NCBI GenBank assembly: GCA_021613535.1
Contig: CP075493.1
Location: 2,294,001 to 2,358,000 of the forward strand
Origin: Adineta vaga
Lineage: Eukaryota > Animalia > Rotifera
Length of the DNA stretch: 64,000 nucleotides
Reading direction: 5' to 3'
Shown piece by piece: positions 1 through 11,305 of the stretch (position 1 is its first letter; every line of letters starts with the position of its first letter). The notes under the pieces are model-generated. The model saw only the letters and a list, made by a program, of their open reading frames with translations. It ran no database searches and was not told the origin of the DNA. The position numbers and the translations under genes were made by a program.

Positions 1-5
1 TAAAA

Positions 6-1255
6 ATGCAGGTATGTAAAAAACACAACATATCTGATAAAAACATCCTTTTCCGAATGTTCCAATAGAAAAGATAAATACATGCAACACACAGAAATTA
101 ATTTCGAGAATATTTTTTATCATATTGTTCACATCGACCAGAACTATTCGCACACTTAGAAATAATATTGAATCAATGACTCTGACTTTTTTTAATTTTG
201 ATTGTTTTCTTTTTGATATTGTCAATCGAACTTTTAATAATATTCGTTTCCTAGGAAGCTGATACCATCGTAAACAAGATGCAGCATGAGCTGACTAACT
301 TTGTTACTTCTCTTCGAAATGGACATAAATCGATTCGGCAAATTAACAAAATGATGGATTCATTAATCAATGAGATAGAAAGTGCTAATTCAGCCGAACT
401 GAAAACTATTTTAAAAAGCGTCAAAGAAATAGCCAAACGCTATCGTTCATTGGAGTCCGATACTGTTTCTCTCGTGAAGAGTACAAGTGTAGTATGTGAA
501 GATGTACGAATGGCAGTGCAAGGTGCTCTTGATGATGAACTTACAACAACAGAAGCATTCGAAAGTATGAGTAAAGACTTTGAAGGACTATCAAATAGTA
601 TGACAAAGGCAATTGATCATCATTCGGAGGTTGCTAAAGAGCTGAGAGATCAAGCAGACGACGCGAAAAAAGCAAAAGAAAGAAAGAAATGATCAACTGC
701 AAGCCACTGCTTTAGAACGAAAAGAAGACGCGGAATTGTTTGGTATTTTAGCGGTACCCGGAGCGTGTTTGGTTGCTTCCTCTCTTTGTCGTATTGCGAG
801 CAGCTGAAAGTGTTGACAATAAATCCTTCAAAGTCATGGCTGGCTTTGGTGGTGCTATTGGATGTCTACTTTGAGGGACTCTTCTTACTGTTGTGACGCC
901 TCTTTTTGCTGCATGGGCGGTACGCTGTGCCATACTTGGTAGCGGCTGGTCAGAGACCTTTCAAGACCTTAGTGATCAAATTCTCAGTGTTGAAGCTGCT
1001 ATCAATGATTCTGCGTTACATTTGATGAGCATCAGAAGCATGTTAGATCAACTCGATGAAAAAGTATCAAAATGTGACGTATCAAAATCAACGGGTTTGT
1101 TAAGGATACAGTTCAATAAGATTCTTAGTAGTTGCGTTGAATTGAAGAAAAGCTGTATTCAATATTTAGAAAGTCTTCAATCAGCAGGAAATAGTCAAGA
1201 CAGATTTTTAATGGTCACAGGCAATAATCACGAACAACAAAAATCAGCACAATAA
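6..1255 (+). pseudogene. Disrupted ~330-aa all-helical protein with a central hydrophobic hairpin (ClyA/HBL/NHE-like pore-forming or ApoL-like topology)
   Basis: ATG CAG|gtatgt at 6-12; intron 12-254 ends ttcctag. ORF 279-692 is coiled-coil-like. The reading frame continues only after a shift in the aaag repeat near 680-690, a second shift in the tc repeat near 780, and an in-frame TGA at 872-874, then joins ORF 893-1255. The gene may begin further upstream of the window. Confidence 0.65.
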
Positions 1256-1865
1256 TCTCCTCTATTAATCGAACTTTGATTATTGTCTTGTGAAAATCGC
1301 ACACTATAAAAAATGTATTTTTCTTGATTTTAGACAATTTATCAATAATAAAACTAAAAGTATGAGAGCTTATACATTAATTCAGAATTTGCTGTTTTCA
1401 ATTCAACTATATATCACCAAATGCGAAGATATCGAATGTATAAATATGTTGAGCAACCATAAAACCAAATTCTGAAACTATTCACGTCGTTTTACTAGAC
1501 TATTCATAGTGCAAGGATAAAAGTATTAGTACTGGAATACCTAATATCATATCATGAGAGCATGTTATAAAACTTAATAATGATCACTACACTCGAATCT
1601 GCTAACAAATGGACGAAATACATCGTATAATCTAAATTTAATTATTTTCTTCGTATGTATCAGCGTTTAGTAAAACAAGTTCGATAATGGTCTTTATTAA
1701 AAACAAGCAAAATAGCAATAACAATAATTTCAAGATAGATTCTCATTGAAATACATAAATACATATATGTGTTTGATCAAAAAAAATTTATAACAAAATT
1801 TAATTATATAATTGTAATAGTTATTTTTGTGCGTAGAATTTAAGTATCTGATTTTTTAGTAGATA

Positions 1866-3043
1866 TTAACTGTTCGTTTTTTCTAGACGACGTGACTTTT
1901 CTTCAGCAATTAGTTTCTGTCGAATATGAGCCGGTAAAGAAATATTGATGTTGAAAATGAAAGAAAGCATTGAACGTGGCGTATTTTCATCGAAATCGAT
2001 AAAAACTTTAATAAACATAGTATCATTAATTATATATAAATTCTCATTAGCGGGTCGATATAATTCAGCCAACGGACAGAATTTTGGAATACCTGATGCA
2101 ATATTAATTGCCAAAGATGGTTGCTGGAAACTAACACTATTAATATCTGGTCGGAAACAATCAACAATATGTTTAGGTTCTCTTCCACCATTTGTTTCTA
2201 TCATCGTTCGTTGATCATAGAGACAAAAGGCTGCTCGATAACGAAGTGGCCATTCTAATGTTTTATCATAATCACCACGAAGTACAACAAGAAAAATTGA
2301 TAGATGAGTATTTCGTGCTGATCCATCGCCATTGAAATAAAGTCTTATGCAAAGTTTATATCCATAAGGTGACGTATGGAAAGGTGAAGAATATATACTT
2401 GTCTGTCGCTCTGACTTTGCATCATACATTTTTTCAGAAACACTATTTATCCTCCACACCATTATTCCATCACGCTCATAAGTTGTTATACCATTTCCAT
2501 TTTCCACCCGTTGCTTTAAGTCGGCTAGTTCTTGTTTCAAAATATTTTCATTTATAGATATAGCATCAATTGAAGAAGCTTCTAATGCACTGGTATTCAG
2601 AATGTTATCTGATTGTCGAGAAAGAGATGAAACTTGATTCTTACTTCGAATTAAATTCTCATTCAATCGAGTAAGATCTTCTTGATTTTTTTCAACATTT
2701 TCTGTTAATAATAATAGTTTTTCATAAGCTTTCGTTGATGAAGATTCATTCCCTTCTATCATATCGATATTTGTATCTGTGGAATCATCGTTTTCATTTT
2801 CATTAATATGCTGAGCATGTTCACCAAGACTTTTTTGATGTTGTTCGGAAAGATAATGTTGTTGTAACGAATTTTCATTGATCTACAAAACATATTTTGG
2901 AGAAAAACAAAAAGTAATACATAATTCAATTAGTTTTTATTTACCTGTACATCTCTACAAGCATAAGCGTTCAGTGGACATGTTATTCTCGTTGTTACAT
3001 CTGTTACTTTTTCAATTGAATTAATTTTTAATATTTCACTCAT
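1866..3043 (-). CDS. TRAF-like adaptor: partial zinc finger, coiled coil and C-terminal MATH domain; 2 exons (intron ~2884-2944)
   Basis: MATH motifs VWRI, SIYSSPFHTSPYGYKLCIRLYFNGDG, HLSIFLVVLRGDYD, WP, FRPD..S.SFQQP, ASGIPKF, DTMFIKV. Upstream exon reads MSEILK...CPLNAYACRDVQ|INENSLQQHY. Confidence 0.9.
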
Positions 3044-4717
3044 CAAATCTAAAATAATACAATAGAAAATATTAGCTTTTAAAAGAACTTTGATATAATT
3101 TTTAGCGTAATCATCGAAAATTATTCATTTTATTGATATTAATAATAAAATTTGGATTTTTGTTGATTTTTATGCAATTTTAAACGGATTCATCAATAAA
3201 AAAACGCAATTCGAAAGAAGATTTAGACATTATGATTTGAGGTGGTGCTTTTCGTTCTTATCATATAATGTATATTAAACTGTTGTTTTATTTCAACAAT
3301 GAGAAGAAAACGAGCCCAATGGCATTTTAAGCACGTTACACAACAACTAAATGTAAGTTGATATTTCTAAGACATTGAACTGATCAGTCGCAACATTGTT
3401 CATGTAAGAAGTTTCCCATGTTTTAACTTCAATTTGCAAAATCTAATCCTTTAAGAATCACATATTTCTTCAGGATGAATCTTCTTGACATGATGCATTG
3501 AAAAAATACAGCGTAGTAATAACATCGACTGGATTGTTGTCATGTATCTACGCACATTATGAAAATTACTTTTTTTTCATAATTAAATTGTTTTGCCATG
3601 CAAAAATACCCAACATTATATAAACAATGATTCATAGGTTTTAAAGTTTTTAATAAATGCAACGGAAACATTTACCAAATCAACCTTCCGTAAATACTAA
3701 CTCATTTTCGACCACCATTTTATACTTAACATGTAGATGAAGAAAATATTAATACCAATACTGCTCATTTCTACGATGACTTTCTCTTCTACGTCAAACG
3801 TCTGATATTCATAGAGGTAGTCATAAACATCAGACAATGAGTAATATGTGGAGAAATCATTTTCAAGCTGACTTTTTTCAAGGAAGAAAAACGTTCATGC
3901 TATGTCATAACATGCGTGACATATGCTTTTGCATTAAAATTTCTTTTGGTAATTTTTACGCTCGATTTAAATGAGTGACACGTATTTTTTCAACTTGGCT
4001 GTTTTGACATTACTCATCGGTATTCCACTCTAGATTATTCCTGAAAATACAATGATTAAAGAAATGATTTAACAATCGAATTAGTATCATTTGTTGATGA
4101 TCTGTCGAAAATGGTAAATACTATTTCATAAGCCTATAATTGAATAAAATAAAGCAATAATATTATTTAAAAAGAAAAAGAAAGAAAAAAAACGATCGCC
4201 GTTTTCATTTAAATGTACGTCACCAAGAAAGGTATTTGCCTTCCTTAGGGGCTCACCGATAGAGTTCGCCCAACAGCGCATGCAGCAAAGAAATTCAATT
4301 AATAAGTTTTAAAAAAATCAGTGACTGCTGCTGCGACTGTGACTCGGCGTCGTGTGAAAGACCGACCTGACATTGAGTCTGTGTCTGTCGTCGCACGAGC
4401 ACATTATTCACATGGCAGCAGCCTAGAACAAGGCAGATAAATAAATAAATATATCATATCAATATTATCTTCCAGAAATTTTTTATCTATATAGACACAG
4501 AGACATCATGAAACAAGACAGTTAATAACAGAAAAAAAATGACGTTAATCAATCCAAGAATGAAAAAAGACATCGATTGCAACAAACGAAAGAAGAAAAC
4601 AAAGAAAGAGTGGAACCAAAAAATGAGAATTGTTCATCTTTTTTTTTGTATATATATAGAACAAAAATAAGAGAAAGTAAGCAAAACATCCACATACATG
4701 GGTCTTGTTTTTCATGA

Positions 4718-5907
4718 TTAAAATCGTGGACCATTGAATCCCATTGGTGGAAAACCAGGTGGTGGAGCTAGAAATGGCATACTACCAATTGGAGCTAAAT
4801 AAAAGATTTCAAGATCAAAATTAAGAAATTTTGAATGAATTTAGTACAATACATACGTCGTACAAAATTTCCCATTGAAAGACCAGCAGGTAGAGGGGGC
4901 ATTTGCATTTGTTGTGGCATCATCATTTGTTGATATTTCGGCAAAGAAGCACGAAATTCTTCCTGAAATAAAAAAGAATGGAAATAAACATCACGAACAA
5001 AAAATTTAACTTACTAAGGATATATCATCATCTGGGTGGATAATTTTTGCTGTACCAGCAACAGGTTCGATTTTTCCTCTACTACCCGGCAATGATCCAG
5101 GTGTAGTAGCTGATAAATTTGATATAGCTGTTGCTGCTGATGACATTGTTGTTAGATTGGACGATGAATTAGCATCGTTATGATGCTAAATAACAAAAAC
5201 GAAACAGTGATTTTAATAAAATTCTTCTCATGTTTTTTTCGTCTCTTCAAATATAACTTACATCTGAAGCTCCACTTGGAAACAATGGTTTTGGTGGTGC
5301 TGGAGGCATAAGAGTACCAGTTGGAGGAACAGGTGCTCCTGGTAACATAGGCATTGGTGGTCTTAATTGTGTCATCATTGGCACAGGCATCATCGGTAAT
5401 TGCATAGGTGCCATTCCAAATGGCATACCAGGAAAACCCATGGGCATCATTTGTGTTGGAGGCATCATGCCCATTGGTGGCATTGGTGGCATACCAATGG
5501 GTGGTGGTTGGGATACTTTAGAAGTATCAGGCGTATCTGGTTCATCTCTATCTTTTCCTGCTAGTCGTTTTTCATGTGCACGTAGATCTTCTTCTGGAAT
5601 TCCTTCCATACCATAGATTTCAATTTCAATATTATCTCGTCCTTTCAGAGCATTAGGCACTTTATCAATATTTTCTTTATGTACCTAAAAAAAACAAAAG
5701 AAAAACTGTAATCAAGAATACGAACACGATCTCTCCTACTTGGATTGAATGAATTTGTAAACCGGGACCAGTATATAGTTTTTTGTGACATATATGACAT
5801 TTGAAATGTTTCGCTTTTTGATGTTGTAAAAGAATTTTTTCATCGTCAAATTCTCGATTACAATACCAACACCAAGGTTTCGTTTGTTTCTTTTTCTTTC
5901 GACCCAT
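4718..5907 (-). CDS. ZNF207: BUB3-interacting zinc finger protein ZNF207/BuGZ (multi-exon)
   Basis: N-terminus [50 protein letters not shown], then [21 protein letters not shown], a Pro/Met-rich region and the GLEBS-like [15 protein letters not shown]. Last exon ends GFNGPRF*. Confidence 0.96.
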
Positions 5908-6128
5908 GAATTAAATCAAATGTAAATAGAATATATATCTATATCAAAAAAACTAAAATAAAAATATGTATACATTATTTTACTTCACTAAAATATCAAA
6001 TGCACTCCCATTTATCCTTCTGGTTTCTAACGTATGGCGATACAAAAAGCAAAACGACAAAAAAATGATTAAATAATATTTTACAAGAGAAGAGAAAAAG
6101 AGAGAATTCTTTGTTCCTTTTTTTTCTT

Positions 6129-7180
6129 CTACGGTGTTCCAATGATACGATCCAATGGATCTTTGAGACGTTGAAGATCATGTTCGACAATCATAATTTC
6201 GTTTTTCAAAGCATTATAACGTGCTAAATCGAAATTTTTCTTTCGTAATAAACGATGTAAAACTTTTAAATAGAAATAATCCGACATGTTCATATATTTC
6301 ATATCATGTCGACGAAGAACATAATAACAATAAGCCATGAAGACAGTTGAATACGAAATGAAATATGTAAAAGGTTCCATAATATCCCAACTAAAAACAG
6401 AATTCAAAATTCAAAATAAAGTATTCAAAATTAAAGTACCTGTAATCAATCCATACTAAGCGAAATAGGACACCAGTTTGAAATGCCATAGCTGCAAGAA
6501 TTGACCATTGAATCCTAAAATTAATCGAAAGGGTTCAATGAATATTGTTCTATTTTCTACTAATTAACTAACCATTTCAAACGTCGAATAGCTTTATTAG
6601 CTAATTGATGATGAATTTCATTGAGCGGTTGAACAGATTGACGTAAGAATTCTAACTGATTTTCTAATTCTCGTTCTCGATATGTAACATATTGATTGAG
6701 ACGTAAATCATGATAAAGTTTTGTGATTGAATTTGATACGTCAGAAAGAACATCTCGTGTTGGTTTATTTGAAGTAAATAAATTTGGTGGTTGTACATTA
6801 TAAGATGTTTCATTGATACGTAATGTTGAAGGTTCTTCAAACAATAATTCTACTGGTGAATTTCGTGAAAGACGAGATCCATCCGAAAGAAAAACAGATG
6901 CTCGATCAATACCACGATCTTCCTTTTGTAAAACATCAATAAAATCACCGATTGTTGTATTAAATGGTTTTAACTATTCAAAAAAGAACAGATTGTTTCA
7001 CTTCAAAAATCTTCTATTTACTTGAAAAACACATGATTCTCCTCGACTTGGTAAAGGTACTGTTATATTTGCAAGTCCGTCTTTAAATTCAATTTGTACC
7101 GATGATGTTGCGATTAAGCGCACAAATTTAAATGGATGTGAACGATTCACTGTTGATAGAATCAGTCTATGAAATAGCAT
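6129..7180 (-). CDS. MCU: Mitochondrial calcium uniporter (4 exons)
   Basis: N-terminal presequence-like segment; VPLPSRGESCVF; DGSRLSRNSPVELL; two TM helices flanking the selectivity filter YS|WDIMEPFTYF; C-terminal LQRLKDPL. Confidence 0.96.
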
Positions 7181-7273
7181 TATTGTCTTGTTTTTTTTTC
7201 TTAATCTACAACATTACATCTAAAATGTGAAAATTACTAAGGAGGAGTCATTCATTAAAAGAAATATCACGAA

Positions 7274-8199
7274 TTAACTGACAGGACAATCACTGTCTCC
7301 CTCTTTTTTCATATTTAATTTTTTTAATTCATCATGAACTTGTTTTTCAAGATCGAGAATAGCTTGAGATTTTTTATACTAAATAAATAAAAGAATAGTT
7401 CAATGAAAAGTAAAAATGTTTCAATGAATCAACATACAGATATGATCAAAGTATTATTTGCATGAGAATAAGATAAATGACTTTCTTCTAATGGAACATT
7501 TAATCGATCAAGATCAGCAATTGCAAAACGTTTGAAATATCTAGAAATATATATTATATTTATGAACTTTGACAAAAAAAGAAATGAAAGAATTCTTTAC
7601 TTTTTATTTGTTGTTCGTAAAACAAATTCTCGTTTATCTTTATCAATTGTAATTTGATAAATATCAACTGGATATGGTAAATTTCGTATACGAATTTCGA
7701 AACAATCACTTTTATCATTACGTGAAAATAAAGGCTAAGAAAAGAATTCTTTTGTTTAAATTTCAAATAAACGATATTCAATACATACTGTGGAAGTACT
7801 TTCAGCTATACCCAATGTATTATCAGTTACTGGTTTCATGTCATAATTTTGACCAACTTCAAATGTCCATATATCTGATGTTGATGCAGTTTTTAAACCA
7901 CTTGATGGTTTATGACGCCATTTACGAACTAGATTGAAAAACTAAACTATGTTGTTTGTAAACGTTGATTAATCATACTTAAAAGTAGATTTGTTTTTCC
8001 ATCATATTCTTCGACCATTTCGGTTTTATCCTCAAATGTATAGTGAACTTTCTTACGATCTAGAAAAATAGTTGCAAATACCTTGTTTTTTTTTGAAAGA
8101 AATCGTTTTAAGAAAATAGATATTACCATTTTGAAGTAAACCAGCTTTTTTTGCTGATTTTAACTTTTCAATCCATGACGAATTGTCTGTTTGTGTCAT
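7274..8199 (-). CDS. DPCD: Protein DPCD (deleted in primary ciliary dyskinesia homologue)
   Basis: Spliced translation MTQTDNSSWIEKLKSAKKAGLLQN|DRKKVHYTFEDKTEMVEEYD...RIRNLPYPVDIY...LRTTNKKYFKRFAIADLDR...HANNTLIISYKK...KEGDSDCPVS*. Confidence 0.92.
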
Positions 8200-8592
8200 T
8201 GATGGAAAAAGTCGCGCTTGGTTACTTGTTTTGGTCGGCTCGGCTTGCGAAATGCAACAATGATTAAATTGTCCAGAGAATATTTGTCTCAGTTGACATG
8301 CAATGATAATTTTTGTTAAAATCGTAAGAAAAATTTTTACATTATTTCAAAAAGAATTAAGAATAGATGTTTTTTCAGTTATTTTAAAAATTTTTAAACA
8401 AGAAAACATTTTATAGATGTCTCTAGTGTCCATGAATGTTAGCAACAACTTTTACCATGATAAGTATACATCTACCTGCTACAAGTGAGAATATGTCAAT
8501 AGTCATTTTGTTACTAGAAATATTCAAGAAATTGAGTTATTTATTTGTGGAAAATGGAACTTTATAGGAATTTATTTATTATTCATTCAAGT

Positions 8593-10783
8593 TCATTTTG
8601 AATTTTTTGCTACTTCATTCATCTTATCAAGAACAATATTAGCATGTTTCTCAGCAAAAACTAATGCTGGACGAAAACGTACAGCAATATCACCACATGC
8701 TCCCATTTGAATACCTAAGAATACATAAGATATAATCTCTGAGAAATTTCTCTATTGAAACATACCGGAATTTCTCATTTGAACAAGAAATTTATCTCGA
8801 ATTGATGCATTTGGCATATCAAATGAACAGAATGTACCACGACCACGAGCATGTAAAAACAATTGTGGATATTTTTTGCTTAAATCTTTCAAACCATTCA
8901 GAAGTACATCACCAGTTTTTCTTGTACTTTCAATTAAATTTTCTTGTTTAACTGTTTTTAATACCGCATCAAGAACTAACATTTTAGCTGGTTCACCCAT
9001 CCAAGTATTAAATATACGATAAGGCTATATGTATAGAAATAAATATGAGACGAATCATCTATCGTTTGAAAGAAAGTAAACCTGTTTTGGTTGAAATTCT
9101 GCTTTAGCAAAATAACCACCGGTTTGAAATTTTTTCGAAAAAGAAACAATATCCGGTGATTCAGGAAGATTGAAATGTTCATGTGCCCAAAATTTACCTG
9201 TTGCACCAAGACCTGTTTGTACTTCATCGATAAGTAATGCTGCATCGTTCTAAATGAAAGATTAGTTCGAAGATTATGAAATATATTTGATCTCCTTTTT
9301 AAAAGTTATTCATACTTGTTTAACTAGTTTTTGTAAACGTTGAAAGAATGTTGGACTTCCATGAAAATCTCCGCCTTCACTTTGAATTGGTTCGACTACA
9401 ACTCCAACTACAGGATTTTGCTTTGATTTGTATTCATGAAATAGTTCTTCAACCTAGATGAAAGAATAAACCTAAAAGTCCTGAGGGAATAATGTGTAAA
9501 ACGATATATTAATGCTTTTATAATTTGTTATCAGAGAAAAAAAAGTTTGAAGAAGAATTGGTATGATTAGATTACTGATGGGCAAAAAAAAACAAGATAA
9601 ATACTTACACGAGCTAAACATCTTTCATCTTCTTTTTGATTTTCTCGTTCATTTTCTTCTAATGGATATTTATATCTTGGAAAAGGTGCTGCTGGCCAAT
9701 CAAAACTTGGTATATCCAATTTATGGATAGCTTTCGAATGTGTACACGATAAAGCACCTAAATGAATCAAATAATAAACATGTAGAATACTTAATCATAT
9801 CTTCTTTTACCAAATGTTCGACCATGAAAAGCACCTTCAAAGGACATAATCGAAACCGTTGGAGACCCTGGTGCTTTATTAATCATTGATGATTTCATTT
9901 CTTCATCAGTGAATGCTTTGCCATCACGAAATTTATTTGCATACCAAATGCATATTGCTTTAAAGGCATTTTCATTCGAACATGAACCACACATCATTGG
10001 TTGAACATGTTCAAGACCTTTAGGTGCAATCTATAATGAAGGATAGAATATTTCTTTCGAGAAAAATGTAGAGTTAAAAATTACAGGAAGAAGTGTTTCA
10101 CTAATTTGTTTGATAAATTGAGGTGTTGGATGAACACCAAGTGCTGGTCGATTGACAAGTTGACTCTATATATAAATGAATGATTATATGTTTAAAAGAT
10201 TTTCATTCAAACAAACTACGTTTGCTGGATTTTGAAAAACTTTTTGAATTGATGGATGATTGTAACCTAGAAAAATCCTTTAATCAATCCAAATTTTCTC
10301 CATACAAATGATTTCTCTTCTATACCTAAAGCTAAAGATGCAATCTGTTCATAAACATCCAGCATAATATTTCCATCAACGTCAATTGCATAATTGCCAA
10401 TCGATTTGTCAACATCAAGAACAAATATTGTACTCAATGCATTCTAAATTTATATGGAAGAAAAATATCGATGGAAAATAAATCATATAATTCCTATATA
10501 AATACTTGAGTTTTTTCTAAATCGTGCATCATTTGTTTCGATTTTGGACCCTAAAAGAAGTAAATAAATATAAACATTTATATGAAAAGAAAAGTGCCGT
10601 TTTCACCGGAATTTGTGTTTTCATTTTTGGTCCTGATGGTTCCTGACTGAGAATACTGTTGCCTACAAAACAATTACATCGATATTGTTGTTTTCGTACT
10701 GATTATTTTACAATCAACAAACCTCGACATGAAGAACGTGTTTGAAGTAAACCACGAAATTGAAAAAGACGTGCAGCTTTCAT
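8593..10783 (-). CDS. ABAT: 4-aminobutyrate aminotransferase, mitochondrial (class III PLP enzyme, many short introns)
   Basis: Motifs [62 protein letters not shown]-lysine SFSKK, TWMGEP, RGRGTF, GACGD..VRFRPAL. Confidence 0.97.
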
Positions 10784-11305
10784 ATCTAAATAGAAAACAA
10801 GTGACGACAAATAGAAATCCTAGTTGCATCCATCAAAAGAAGATATTTTTTTGTTTTCTATTTCTGTGCGAGCTCGATGATTAGAGTACAAGAATGACGA
10901 GCAAGAGAGAAAAAGGAGAGCATTTAATAATGCTGCACCCTTTTTTTCTCTCGATTTTTATTCTATTTATTCATTGCTTTCTCAACTCGTTTTGTTTTTC
11001 TCTCTTCGTCACCATCTTATCTTATCATTTAGTGATTTAAGAGCAATTTATTTTGGTGGAGAATACAAGTATGTGGCATTTGGCAAAGTGCAATTTATTT
11101 CAATAATTAATCAGAACAGGAAAAAAGTACGGACGGATGTTGACATAGAGAAGAGAAGCGGTGTTAAGAAAAACAATTGATCAGTAGATATATCTGTACT
11201 AGCGTCCTCTTTCGACAGAAATCTGATTCGTTATTGGATTCGTCAAGTTATTTCACACATAGTTTCAACAAAAAGAAAAAAAATCAAACGAAATAATATT
11301 TTTAC

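Noticed and set aside
872-874. In-frame TGA as selenocysteine or read-through
   Set aside because: It is accompanied by two frameshifts, sits in a Gly-rich hydrophobic segment, and no SECIS was recognised. Decay is the simpler explanation.
4205-4425. Telomerase RNA, SL RNA or U11/U12 snRNA identity for the GC-rich island
   Set aside because: No telomere-template-like repeat, SL exon with donor, Sm site or U11/U12 signature was recognisable.
5014-5025. ATATCCTT in ZNF207 as a second U12 donor
   Set aside because: It is coding (D-I-S-L of the GLEBS-like motif) and is followed by a normal GTAAGT donor.
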